The notes beneath the pieces were generated by a model. That model had not been told where the DNA came from. It worked only from the letters and a program-made list of their open reading frames with translations, and did not search any database. A stretch of DNA of 50,147 nucleotides, counting the filler, from Catajapyx aquilonaris (lineage: Eukaryota), in assembly GCA_000934665.2 (NCBI GenBank). It is 3 parts of 3 records of this genome, joined end to end, with 100 filler letters (N's around TTAATTAATTAA, not from the genome) between each part and the next. Parts side by side here need not be neighbours in the genome. Positions count along the whole stretch, not along the records: positions 33,504 to 50,147 come from JYFJ02007141.1; 2 more parts are not named here. One strand, given 5' to 3'. Every line of letters starts with the position of its first letter. Within the stretch, counting starts at the first letter, position 1. Of this stretch, positions 34,279 to 43,952 are shown piece after piece. Position numbers and translations under genes: made by a program.

Positions 34279-34927
34279 ATGCTTGCCTTATATTGTAACA
34301 GCGCAGAGGCAGGGAGAGGAAGGTGGGGATGGAGGGGCATTGGGAACATAGTAGAATTGACAGGTAAGTAAAGACATATGGGAGAACTGGGGAATGGGCT
34401 AGATAACCTCTTCTGATACCCCATAGCAATGATGAAATTGCACAATCCATCGAAGTACTGCAGCATACCCTTTCACGTAAAGGGGAAAAAAAAGATATCG
34501 CTGTTATGAGAGATGTGAACCTGCAGAAAGCACAGCCATACTGCTAGTTATTCACAAGGGGTGGATCACATGGAGAAGCAATCTGACGAACCCTGTGAGA
34601 CTCAACCCAACAGGCCAGTCACTCATGTCATTCCGTCTGTGCATTATAGGTGTTCATAGCCATTCGTCCCATTCTCACTACCACCATCGCCAGAGGAGTC
34701 CCTTGCAGCAGAGACACCCAAGGGGAGTGAGGGAGCAAGGGAAATGGGGTGGAAGTAAGTGGGTTCCTAAGAGAAGAGGATATATTGCCCAGCGAGATGC
34801 AGATGACTATTATCGGGAGCTGAACAAAGCTTATGAGAGGTACTTTGTGAACCTTGCTGACAAGCTTAAAAGCAAGGGCAAAGGAAGACAGAGCAAGGGA
34901 GAAGATAGCCAGAGAAACAGAAGATAA
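34279..34927 (+). CDS. Candidate orphan basic protein, at least 2 exons (34279-34363, 34650-34927), about 120 aa
   Basis: Strong donor CAG|GTAAGT and acceptor TTATAG are both phase 1 and keep the frame: MLALYCNS..IVELT-G-VHSHSSHSHYHH..RDADDYYRELNKAYERYFVNLADKLKSK..RNRR*. Confidence 0.5.
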
Positions 34928-35470
34928 TGGAGTATTGTATTTTATGTGTATTTATTTCTCAGGCAGAAACCTGATCATGTACACTACCACTCAGTAATTT
35001 CAATACACCATCAGCGTGGCGGATTTTTCTGCAGTGGCATGGAAAAACAAGTGTCCTACTGGGACAAGTGCACCAAAGTGTATGGTGACTATGTCTCAAA
35101 TTAGAGGAAGACTTGCCCTTTCATATTTGTTTTTTGTAGTGCCTTGTGCCTGGGTCTATCGATATATACAATACTATGTGCATTGTTGGTCTCATCACTC
35201 CCCGAAGTACTGTAACAGTTGTTACAATACCCTCTCAGAACCCGATGAACCTCGATCTGGAACCTCATTAAATGTGTGTAATCAGTGTTTCAAGTATTCA
35301 GCATTAAAAACTGCAATATTTCAGTGAGAAAATATTGGAAATTTGGGAACCTATCTCATTTACTTACACTATCTTTTTGTCTCGATTTATGCCACTATGT
35401 TGCTGGAACCAATTACTGCTATAAAGCAGGTACTGCCTTTATTATATTATATCATGTCGTCTGTTATACG

Positions 35471-36028
35471 TAGTTGACTCTAGATATAACAGATTTCAAG
35501 GAACTGCGAAAAAGAGACAGTTATAACCGAGGTATGTTATAGCCAGATCGCTTCTTTTGCAACAAATACAGAAAGTTTTCTGCTTTCTATATGCTTATAA
35601 TGCCCACTTCTGCATACATTAATGAATCTATCCACAAAATTGCAAAATAAGCTCATTTGTAAATTACGAAGGATCAAAAATATCTGTAATATTCTTCTGC
35701 CGTCTCGTTGTCCCCAAAATACCAGAAAAATATGATTTTGAGTAGCTTAGATCAGTGACAGATGCGACAATCGCCCCCGCTTTAGTATTCTCTGCCATCC
35801 TGTGCGTGGGAAAGGAAGTTGAATAATGACAAACAGCATGTTTTCCAGCCGAGGGACCTAAAAATGGTATCTTATAGCCGAGGTGAGATGAAAATGAGTT
35901 TGTTTGAGGTTATTTGTTGAGGTGTAAAAATACACAGGGCCTTATGGAAGTTTGCCATAACAGGCCTTTCAAGTCTGTTATAACCGAGAATCTGTTATAG
36001 CCGTGAATGTTATATCCATAGTCAACTA
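35471..36028. mobile_element. pogo/Tc1-like MITE
   Basis: TIR TAGTTGACT..GATATAACA / TGTTATATC..AGTCAACTA and GTTATA(A/G)CCG subterminal repeats. Confidence 0.7.
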
Positions 36029-36849
36029 TATTACGTATTGTATCTCGTTCTCAGACAAGGTGGTATCTGAAGTTTTCCAGATTGGGGCCCCAGTGCCCAA
36101 ACTGTTTGCAGTAGATGTGCCTTTAAGTCAGTGCTTCCCAAACCGTCGGTTGTGTACATTATATTTTGAGTCGCGCGGGAGGATCACAAATTATTTTAAC
36201 AAAAAGATTCTCTCTCTCTCTCTGGGAAAATATGCCCGTAAATGAGAAGATGTACTTGTATAAATTTATCAATGATTGTCATTGACTACCATTGTGTACA
36301 GTACAAGGTCTTTTCATGTTGGTAGTTCAAACTGTGCATATCTGGTTGGGGTGACAGGAAAAGAAAGGTACTGTACGCTAATGTGGACGTGGGAGGCAGG
36401 GAGTACGGTTGAATTGGAAGTGGGGGTCATGAATTTTATGAGACAATTTTCTGGGGTTGCCAATGAGAATGATTGGGAAGCACTGCTTTCGATGGTAGCA
36501 CTAGCATGCCTTGTGAGTCAGTGTGCCAAATATAGCGGTGCTAGCTGACATAGGGAATGGTGAAATTTTTGTTTGCCATTGTCCGTGCATTATCTGGTGA
36601 TTTTCGAGGTTGATGTAAAAAAAAGGAACAGCAAGTTTGTAAAAAAAATTGTGTGAATCTTGGAAACAGTGCAAGAGAGACCCTGGCAAGTTATGACCCC
36701 AGACAGGAAAGTTTCGTATCTGCATCTGCATAAAATATTTTAAACATTCGAAAAATGTTTTATTGGGAATGCCAGTAATTTTGACTTCCACTTTGCCTGC
36801 ACAGGCGGCTAATGAGTACATCCCTGACGGCCCAAGTTAAAACCCTATA

Positions 36850-37698
36850 TGGGCAATTCCACGTGAACGTGATCACCTTTTTCACGAAAAAATTTGCCCG
36901 TCGATGAGTGTGAGATATGTTTGAGTCCAGGTCACGGTAGGACCTTTCCCACAAGGATTTGGTCCGCTGATGCGTGGTTGCCTATCTACAGGCGCTAATT
37001 GCACTTGGATCACAGTTAGAGGCGCCCCCCTATTACATTTACATGACAACGTAAATGCATGATGTAATACATGTTTCATGTGTGAAATTGTCTCCTCTTT
37101 CCGACAAAAATAGTCACTTTTCGATAGCTGTCCAAATTCATATCACAAATCGACATTTTTGCAAACAAATGACATTTTCAAAAAAGAGCCAAAGTCAAAT
37201 GTCATCACATTGATATCAAAATACACCTCACAGTGTGTCAGTGTCCTCTATCAGTGGTACAAACGGAATTTTGGAATACGAAATGGTTACGGAGCTATAG
37301 GTAGGCCTACTGACGTGGAGCGCTGCGCTAGTGGCCACGCCGTTGAATGAAAATGAGCGGCCCACCTAGGTCCGTCTTCATGTCTCAGGTAGTGTACGCT
37401 TGTCCTTTGTGTTTAATTCACTTAATATAGTTAATGTAGTTATAGTTAGGGCGACACGGTGGCCGAGTGGTTAGCGCCGCAGCCTTCCACCTCTAAGGTC
37501 CCGAGTTCGATCCCTGGGTCGGGCGGAGGATACTTATGTGGATAGAGTTTCGATGGGTTCTCTCAGTGTTCACGTGGGTTTTCTCGGGGTTCTCCCATTT
37601 CCTTCCACAATCAAAATCCACATTACAGGCAAATGATTAAAGTCGGTTATTCAAAAGATGATCCCCTAAGAGGCCCAAGGGGCCTATCACGGGGTATC

Positions 37699-37791
<93 letters not shown>

Positions 37792-38125
37792 GTAGTTATA
37801 GTTTTAATATATCTAGAAATAGTTCCAAATAAATTTGTTCCGCTACTGGGCAATTCCACGTGAACGTGATCACCTTTTGCACAAAAAAAATATGGCCATC
37901 GATAAGTGTCAAAGTGTGAGGAGATATGCTTAGGTCCATGTTAGAACCTTTCGTATAAGAACTTGGTCCGCTGATGCGTGGTTGCCTCTCTACAGGCATA
38001 AATTGTACTTTGATCACATTTACGCGACAATGTAAATGCTTGATATGATACAAGTTTCATGTGTGAAATTGTCTCCTCATTTCGACAAAAATGCTAACTT
38101 CCTGACAGATGTGCAAATTCATATG
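36850..38125 (+). repeat. Two direct copies (about 36850-37145 and 37848-38125) of a Harbinger-like element end
   Basis: Both start GGGCAATTCCACGTGAACGTGATCACCTTTT and align for about 280 bp. Confidence 0.75.
37448..37789 (+). mobile_element. Full-length tRNA-derived SINE with V/Meta-like central domain
   Basis: A box TGGCCGAGTGG, B box GAGTTCGATCC, central GTGGGTTTTCTCGGGGTTCTCCCATTTCC, (TAT)n tail, 14-bp TSD ATGTAGTTATAGTT (37434-37447 and 37790-37803). Confidence 0.93.
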
Positions 38126-38356
38126 AAACAAACTAATTCTAACTCGAATCTTCTATAACTCGAAGTTTTTTCCCAGTCCCATGGAGATTCAACTTATAGA
38201 AGTTTTACTGTACCTCATTTGCAGTATTGCTACTTTGTGAAACCAGTATTATTGTTATTAAAAATCACTTTTTGTGAGTAACATGTGATTCAACAAATTG
38301 GCCATCATCTGCCATTGTCAGAAAAATTACAATTTTGGAAGGATCCTGATGCCTGC

Positions 38357-38405
38357 CAATTTGTTTCAATTTGAAATGGCCACCATTTCAAATTGAAACA
38401 AATTG
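38357..38405. repeat. Perfect 23-bp-arm hairpin
   Basis: CAATTTGTTTCAATTTGAAATGG-CCA-CCATTTCAAATTGAAACAAATTG. Confidence 0.95.
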
Positions 38406-38652
38406 CAAATAGAATACTCAATTTTGCCATGTTTTCACTACTCATTGGACAGACATTTAAAAAGTAAGTTTCACTTTTTTATATAATATTATTAGGAACA
38501 AATTATTCTATTTAACACATCCTGTCACAATGCAAAATCGATCCTGGAGGACATCCTTTCAACTAGTTTGAAAGTTTGCTTAGAACTCTATAATACAGAC
38601 CAATTAGCCTATTGAGTGCACTAACGGAAAAATTTACAATATTTGCTCAATA

Positions 38653-38886
38653 CAGAGTGTTGCAAGTTCGTGGGTCGTTTTAGTTATCACTGATATTGCT
38701 GGAAGTAGTTATTTTTGTGTAGCTTTTTGTGCCCCAATCCAGGTGCCCCATTCCTCCCAGGTGGTCAAATATAGCAGTTTCAATAGAATAGGTCACCTGG
38801 ATCAGGGCACAATAAGCTACAAAATAGTAACCGCTTCGAGTGAAATTTTCTATAATTAAAAGGCCCCACGAACTTGGAACACCCTG
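38653..38886. mobile_element. Tc1/mariner-type MITE
   Basis: TA-CAGAGTGTTGCAAGTTCGTGGG / CCCCACGAACTTGGAACACCCTG. Confidence 0.75.
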
Positions 38887-38910
38887 GTATACTGTATAAA
38901 TGCTTGTGCA

Positions 38911-39413
38911 CAAGGGGGTAGTCACTCCTCAAAAAATTGTACACCGGCTCTCTTGAGTTGCGGCTCTCCTCGGCTCTCTGCGGCTCTCCCCCGGCTCACC
39001 AGCAGGCTCACCCACGGTCTTATGGGCTCACCGATGCCTCGGAGAGCCGCAGAGAGCCGAGGAGAGCCGAGGAGAGACGCAGAGAGCCGAAGAAAAACTA
39101 CGTCATATTGACGTGATATAATTACGTCATATGATGAGGAGCAAATGCGCATTTTGTAGGGAAAATCCCCGCCCACAGCCGAGCTCCATAAATGGGCCGG
39201 ATTGGGGCAGGAAGCAAGCACATATGTGACACCAAGTGTGACACATGTGGCTAATTCCAAGCTAATTCAGCAAGTAATTCAGTTTAGCTTGCGGTTGGCC
39301 CCAAGGGCCCAGTGTTGGCCTCGGCTCTCCTCGGCTCTCCTCGGCTCTCTTGCGGCTCTCCTCGGCTCACCAGTGAGGGTGTACACCAGCTCTCTGAAGT
39401 GACTACCCCCTTG
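38911..39413. mobile_element. P-like (or hAT) MITE
   Basis: Perfect 16-bp TIR CAAGGGGGTAGTCACT, perfect 8-bp TSD CTTGTGCA, internal CGGCTCTCCT 10-mer arrays in both orientations. Confidence 0.92.
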
Positions 39414-40049
39414 CTTGTGCATATCTTGTGTGAGAACGACCAGAAGAGCAAGCAGGTTTTTGTTTGGGCTACAGCACTATGGACCCATACCGTATCCTTA
39501 CACTTATGGCCTTAATCCAAACTTGGTTAGGCAAACAAAGTGGCAAACTGTAAGCTGCTTTCGTTGACCTTTGATTAAATCCTGAGAACATGCCTATGGT
39601 CAAAACTAACTAGTGAGGATTGCAGGTGTTTATTTTTTAGCAGTTATGATATTATACATAATTTGTACAATAAAGCAAGCGTAACAAAGGTGGCTGGACA
39701 TACATTGAAATCAGGAATCAAAGTTGAAAGAGGCAAGCTGCAAGGAAAACTCCTGTTACCTTTTTTATGTAAGTTTAATCTTTATTTAGCTCAGTTGTGA
39801 AGTCATTTCTAAATAGCAAGGGTGATTGGAGAACTGTGGAGAACAAGGTTTTCGGAAATGCAGGATATCAAGACAGTTGTAATGTTTGCAGATTATTGAT
39901 ATTGGTTTTTCCCACTGATAGCAGACTTTGTTTAGGAAATATGGTGGACTGACTCCAGATATTTTCAAGACAATTGGTTATATTATTGATGAAGTCAAGG
40001 GTAATAATTGTGTTGGATCAGGTTGGAATATGTCTTGTGCTGATAATCT

Positions 40050-40242
40050 ATATAAACCAAGCCATTTGTGATCTGTCTTCCTGCCATCTGTGGTCCGCCT
40101 CTTACACCTCCAATCTCTCCCGTCCTTCCGACCCGGCCTTCCTTTAATTGAGATTCTTAATAATTACATGTTTTTTTTGCCTGTCCTTTTCAGCTTGCTT
40201 TTTATTCATTTCTTCCCGAGCAACACCAGGTATCGCAGCTAG
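40050..40242 (+). mobile_element. Degenerate Helitron-like 3' end
   Basis: CCCGAGCAACACCAGGTATCGCAG-CTAG|T resembles the hairpin plus CTAG terminus, but the hairpin is imperfect. Confidence 0.35.
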
Positions 40243-40596
40243 TTTTTAAATAAACAAGAATCTAGCTAGTACCATACCGTACTAACAGTCACATTGCACT
40301 TGATCCTGTTCATTTCTACATTTATAACAAAATCTGAAATTTTTCACTATTATTTTATTAGAGCAAGTGATTCAGCCTGCCCCAAAAGCATGGTGAATCA
40401 TTGCAAGAAGCGAGGTGAATCATTGTACTTGAGGAAAAGGGAATAATTATGTATGATTACATAATCAATTAGGAGTAGAGGGAAGGCATAATTATTCAAT
40501 GGAAAAGCTTCTCTATCCAATGGTAAGTATCAAGGGTCAGAATCTGGCAATAATGTGCGTCACAGTTTCATGCTCTTTTTTGTCATATTTAAATAA

Positions 40597-42422
40597 TGTA
40601 GTGGTTCGAGTCCTGGCAACAGTACTGTATTGTTGTCAGGAGGATTGTGTACTTAGGTACTACTGGAAACCGTTGTTATGGGAGCAGTGTTTATAATTAT
40701 GTTTGACTGTTTGGAACGAGTAGTCTTTGACCGACTGTGTAATAGAACAGATGTGTTTACCTAGATGTGGAGAATATACTGTTTATAAGAGCTGTCCGGT
40801 GCCAGTTATTATCGGGGTGTTCCTGACGTATCGTTGTGGGACACTACATTGGTGTCAGAAGTGGGATGTTCGTGCCCTCACGGATCATCCGGAGGGAGTG
40901 AGGTGCTGGACAGTGACCAGGCGGGCGAGAATCCAAGTATGTACGAAGCGGTCAGAAGCCTGCAGATGTGGAGAGAGGTGCTGCATGGATCATCCCAGGC
41001 AGGGACGTTGTGATGGGCCACGGGCAGGTGAGGGCCGAAGAGACCACGCAGGAGGACGTCAAGGGGCTGGATGGAGGGGCACGGCGAGGTGCCATCTCCT
41101 GTGGATGCTGCAGTGAGCCATGGGGCCTGCAGATCCCGAAGCCAGTGGCGGGCAGCCTGATGGGTGACGGAGGGACCACCTGGAGGCCAAGGAAGTCAAG
41201 CGTCAAGTGGTGGGGGATCCCAAACACCAGCAGTGGGCCAAAAGGAGGCGAGGAGGACCTAAGAGGATCAGGTCATCGTCAGGGGCTGGAGGAAGGGATG
41301 CTGCACAGACCCGGGGGGTCTGCGCAGCCTGGAGCCAGCGGCGATGGTCTGGTTGGCGGTCAAAGTCGAGGCCGAAGCAGAAGATCCGCAGTGTGATGGG
41401 AGTGTGAAGAACAGAGACATGCTGAAATTTTGGACATTGGGAATTGAGGAACGAGACTATAGTCTCTTTCCATTTTAAGGGGGGAAGAATGTAGTGGTTC
41501 GAGTCCTGGCAACAGTACTGTATTGTTGTCAGGAGGATTGTGTACTTAGGTACTACTGGAAACCGTTGTTATGGGAGCAGTGTTTATAATTATGTTTGAC
41601 TGTTTGGAACGAGTAGTCTTTGACTGACTGTGTAATAGAACAGATGTGTTTACCTAGATGTGGAGAATATACTGTTTATAAGAGCTGAGGGGGTGAAAAT
41701 CAAAAACCGACAGCTCCGTCATAAACGTAACGGAGAAAAACGAGAAAAACCTACAGTTTCGCCGTATGTCAACGTAGACACCTGAATGTAGCGGCTATAG
41801 ATTCCTTTACTAGCAACTCCACCATTGGTAAGTTATTATGAAATCATCCGCCATTACCCAAGGAGCTGTGGACCGTCCATTCCACCACTGGCCGGTTTTT
41901 GATTTGCAACAGGATGGAGTTGGCGCTTTTTGATGCAAAATTGAGTGAGGGAAACATGAAACACAGGTTTATCCAGCGTGTAAATGTTTAAGTTTATTCC
42001 ACGCTTACATACCAACGTATTACGCAAGGTAACATTACGCAAGGTGTTCTGTTAAATGGGCATCTCATTCGCACCGTCGTTATCCGTACGAGCTTTGCAG
42101 TATGTACTGACTCTCATGTCAGCTTTAGTTTCGTGGGAGCTGGCGGTTTTTGATCTGTGATTTTCTGCGAGTTGGGATGGAGCTGGCGGTTTTTGTTACG
42201 GAGGTCGCTTTTCACCCCTGAATTTGACGGCTTTGTTGTAGGGTTTTAAATACCATATTCAGGTATTATGTACTCCATGGCATGAGGAATGCATTGCCGG
42301 CGCTAACTCATTTTTGTTTTGTTTTTGGAGCTGTCGGTTTTTGATTTTCACCCCCTCAGCCTCAGCTGTCCGATGCCAGTTATTATCGGGGTGTTCCTGA
42401 CGTATCGTTGTGGGACACTACA
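40597..42422 (+). mobile_element. Young non-autonomous Gypsy-type LTR retroelement (TRIM-like)
   Basis: 252-bp TG..CA LTRs (40597-40848; 41490-42422 interrupted) with 2 mismatches by eye. PBS TGGTGTCAGAAGTGGGAT (tRNA-Leu type), PPT AAGGGGGGAAGAA, 4-bp TSD ATAA, internal region about 640 bp. Confidence 0.95.
41684..42363. mobile_element. Non-autonomous DNA transposon inserted in the 3' LTR
   Basis: Perfect 34-bp inverted repeat (41684-41717 and 42327-42360), absent from the 5' LTR; AGCTG is duplicated at the junctions. Confidence 0.92.
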
Positions 42423-42582
42423 ATAATTAATTTCCTTTCTTCTATTGATTCAAGGGGCCATAAATGGAAATGGGCCTGTTTGCCCCATATTTAAATCTAA
42501 TTGCCTATTTTCATCATGTGGTACAACATATCTCCCCCAATCTGCCCCACACTGCAGGCTTAAAAAGTCTTGTCCATCTACA

Positions 42583-42824
42583 CAGGGGTGGGCAAATTTT
42601 TTGCTCCGTGGGCCACAGAGAGACCAAAATTTTTTGGCGGGCATCATCTAACAAGGAAATTTCAACTGAATAAAAAGTTGACAATTATATAGTTATTATT
42701 ACCGTATATAAAAAGTTTATATAAAATTTTTGCCATTTCTTATTTTTCACAGATTTCAAGAATTCCAAAATTTGTGTGTGGGCCGCACAAATGTTCTTCG
42801 CGGGCCGTAGTTTGCCCACCCCTG
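42583..42824. mobile_element. hAT-type MITE
   Basis: TIR CAGGGGTGGGCAAA / TTTGCCCACCCCTG and GGGCCG subterminal motifs. Confidence 0.85.
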
Positions 42825-43019
42825 GTCCATGTGTCAATTTTTGTATTTGCAAATAATGCATGCCCAAGAGTTTGTTCACGATGTGTATAGTCTGTATTTC
42901 ATGGTTTTACATTAATTGTTTGCATTTATAAATGAAATTCTGGTGTTATAAAAAAATACTAAGAGGCAGACATATTTCTCTTTCTTCTCGCTGGCACCAA
43001 GGACCATACTGGTACAAAA

Positions 43020-43364
43020 TCACATTTGATGGGTGGGAAGGGTGGAGGTGACCCAGTTGAGCATAGAGTCTAACATCCCAATGCCAAATCGTTTTAATTG
43101 TCTCCAAATAGAAGAGATATAATTATGTCCAGATGTTTCTTTTTGTTCATTATGGAAAATACCTGTGTCTGCAATCTCTGCATATCTGACAACAGCATAT
43201 TTTGTAATAATAACTATTCCAAACTTTTGTAATCACCTTGCAAACCTACTTATTTTGAAATAGCATATTGCCAAACAAACACGCAAAAAGTCAATAATGG
43301 CAAGACAAGTAATCTCAGCATATGTGAATAAGAGAATTTTGGCACAGTAATGCTTCCAATACAT
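43020..43364 (-). CDS. Candidate small orphan protein (about 97 aa) divergent from CAF1
   Basis: Exons 43364-43237 and 43185-43020 joined by a 51-nt GTGATT..TGTCAG intron in phase 2: MYWKHYCAKILLFTYAEITCLAIIDFLRVCLAICYFKISRFA-R-YAEIADTGIF..SSIWRQLKRFGIGMLDSMLNWVTSTLPTHQM*. Confidence 0.3.
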
Positions 43365-43639
43365 TTTTTTGCGCCTTTTTGAACACCAAAATGTCAAAAC
43401 AATATAAAATGACGCAGGATTCGTCAGTTCGTTATAAGAATAAGCGATATTGCTACTGCATACTTTTTTTTCACATAGCCTGTACTCTCCAAGTATGCGT
43501 AGGCTCGGCGTGGCGAAGGCTACTCTCTACAGGCTCTACAGCTATACCTGAGCTATACACTGTCTGCAGCACTACAGGTTGATGCAGTTTCAACCGGAAA
43601 ATAGTAAAGTGACGTACCATTTACATATCCTGCCATCTT

Positions 43640-43952
43640 TATTTGTTTCTTACGACAAGAGAATATCGAATACATCTCCGGAATAAGCTGCATCTTAACT
43701 TGCTATCACTGCTATTCTGTGGCATAGCCGTTCTGTGACCAGCCCGTTGAAACAGAATCTGGCAACGTGGTATAATGGTAAAGCGAACAAACGGACGGAG
43801 AGAGTAGGGGATGGCGCAGAGGGCAGCAGACGGCAAGGGGAGGGGGGAGGGGGTATGGGGGAGTGCGGGCGGGGACTGGGGAGCTGGTAGTGTCCGCTTC
43901 ATGTTGAGAATGGCGACATGTAGCTAACTGTTACCGAAACTGATATAATGAT
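43640..43952. promoter_or_regulatory. Probable CAF1 promoter and non-coding first exon (possibly bidirectional)
   Basis: GC/CpG-richer island with a G-run tract at 43837-43882, YY1-like AATGGCG, strong donor GTGAGT at 43953 on + and donor GTACGT at 43617 on -. Confidence 0.55.

Noticed and set aside
37448..37525. tRNA gene
   Set aside because: It is the head of a SINE: it continues into a core and (TAT)n tail, has a TSD and lacks a poly-T terminator.
38945..39370. CRISPR-like array of short repeats (also the AGCTAAC arrays at 29.4-31.2 kb)
   Set aside because: They are subterminal repeats of MITEs with no unique regular spacers, in a eukaryotic context.
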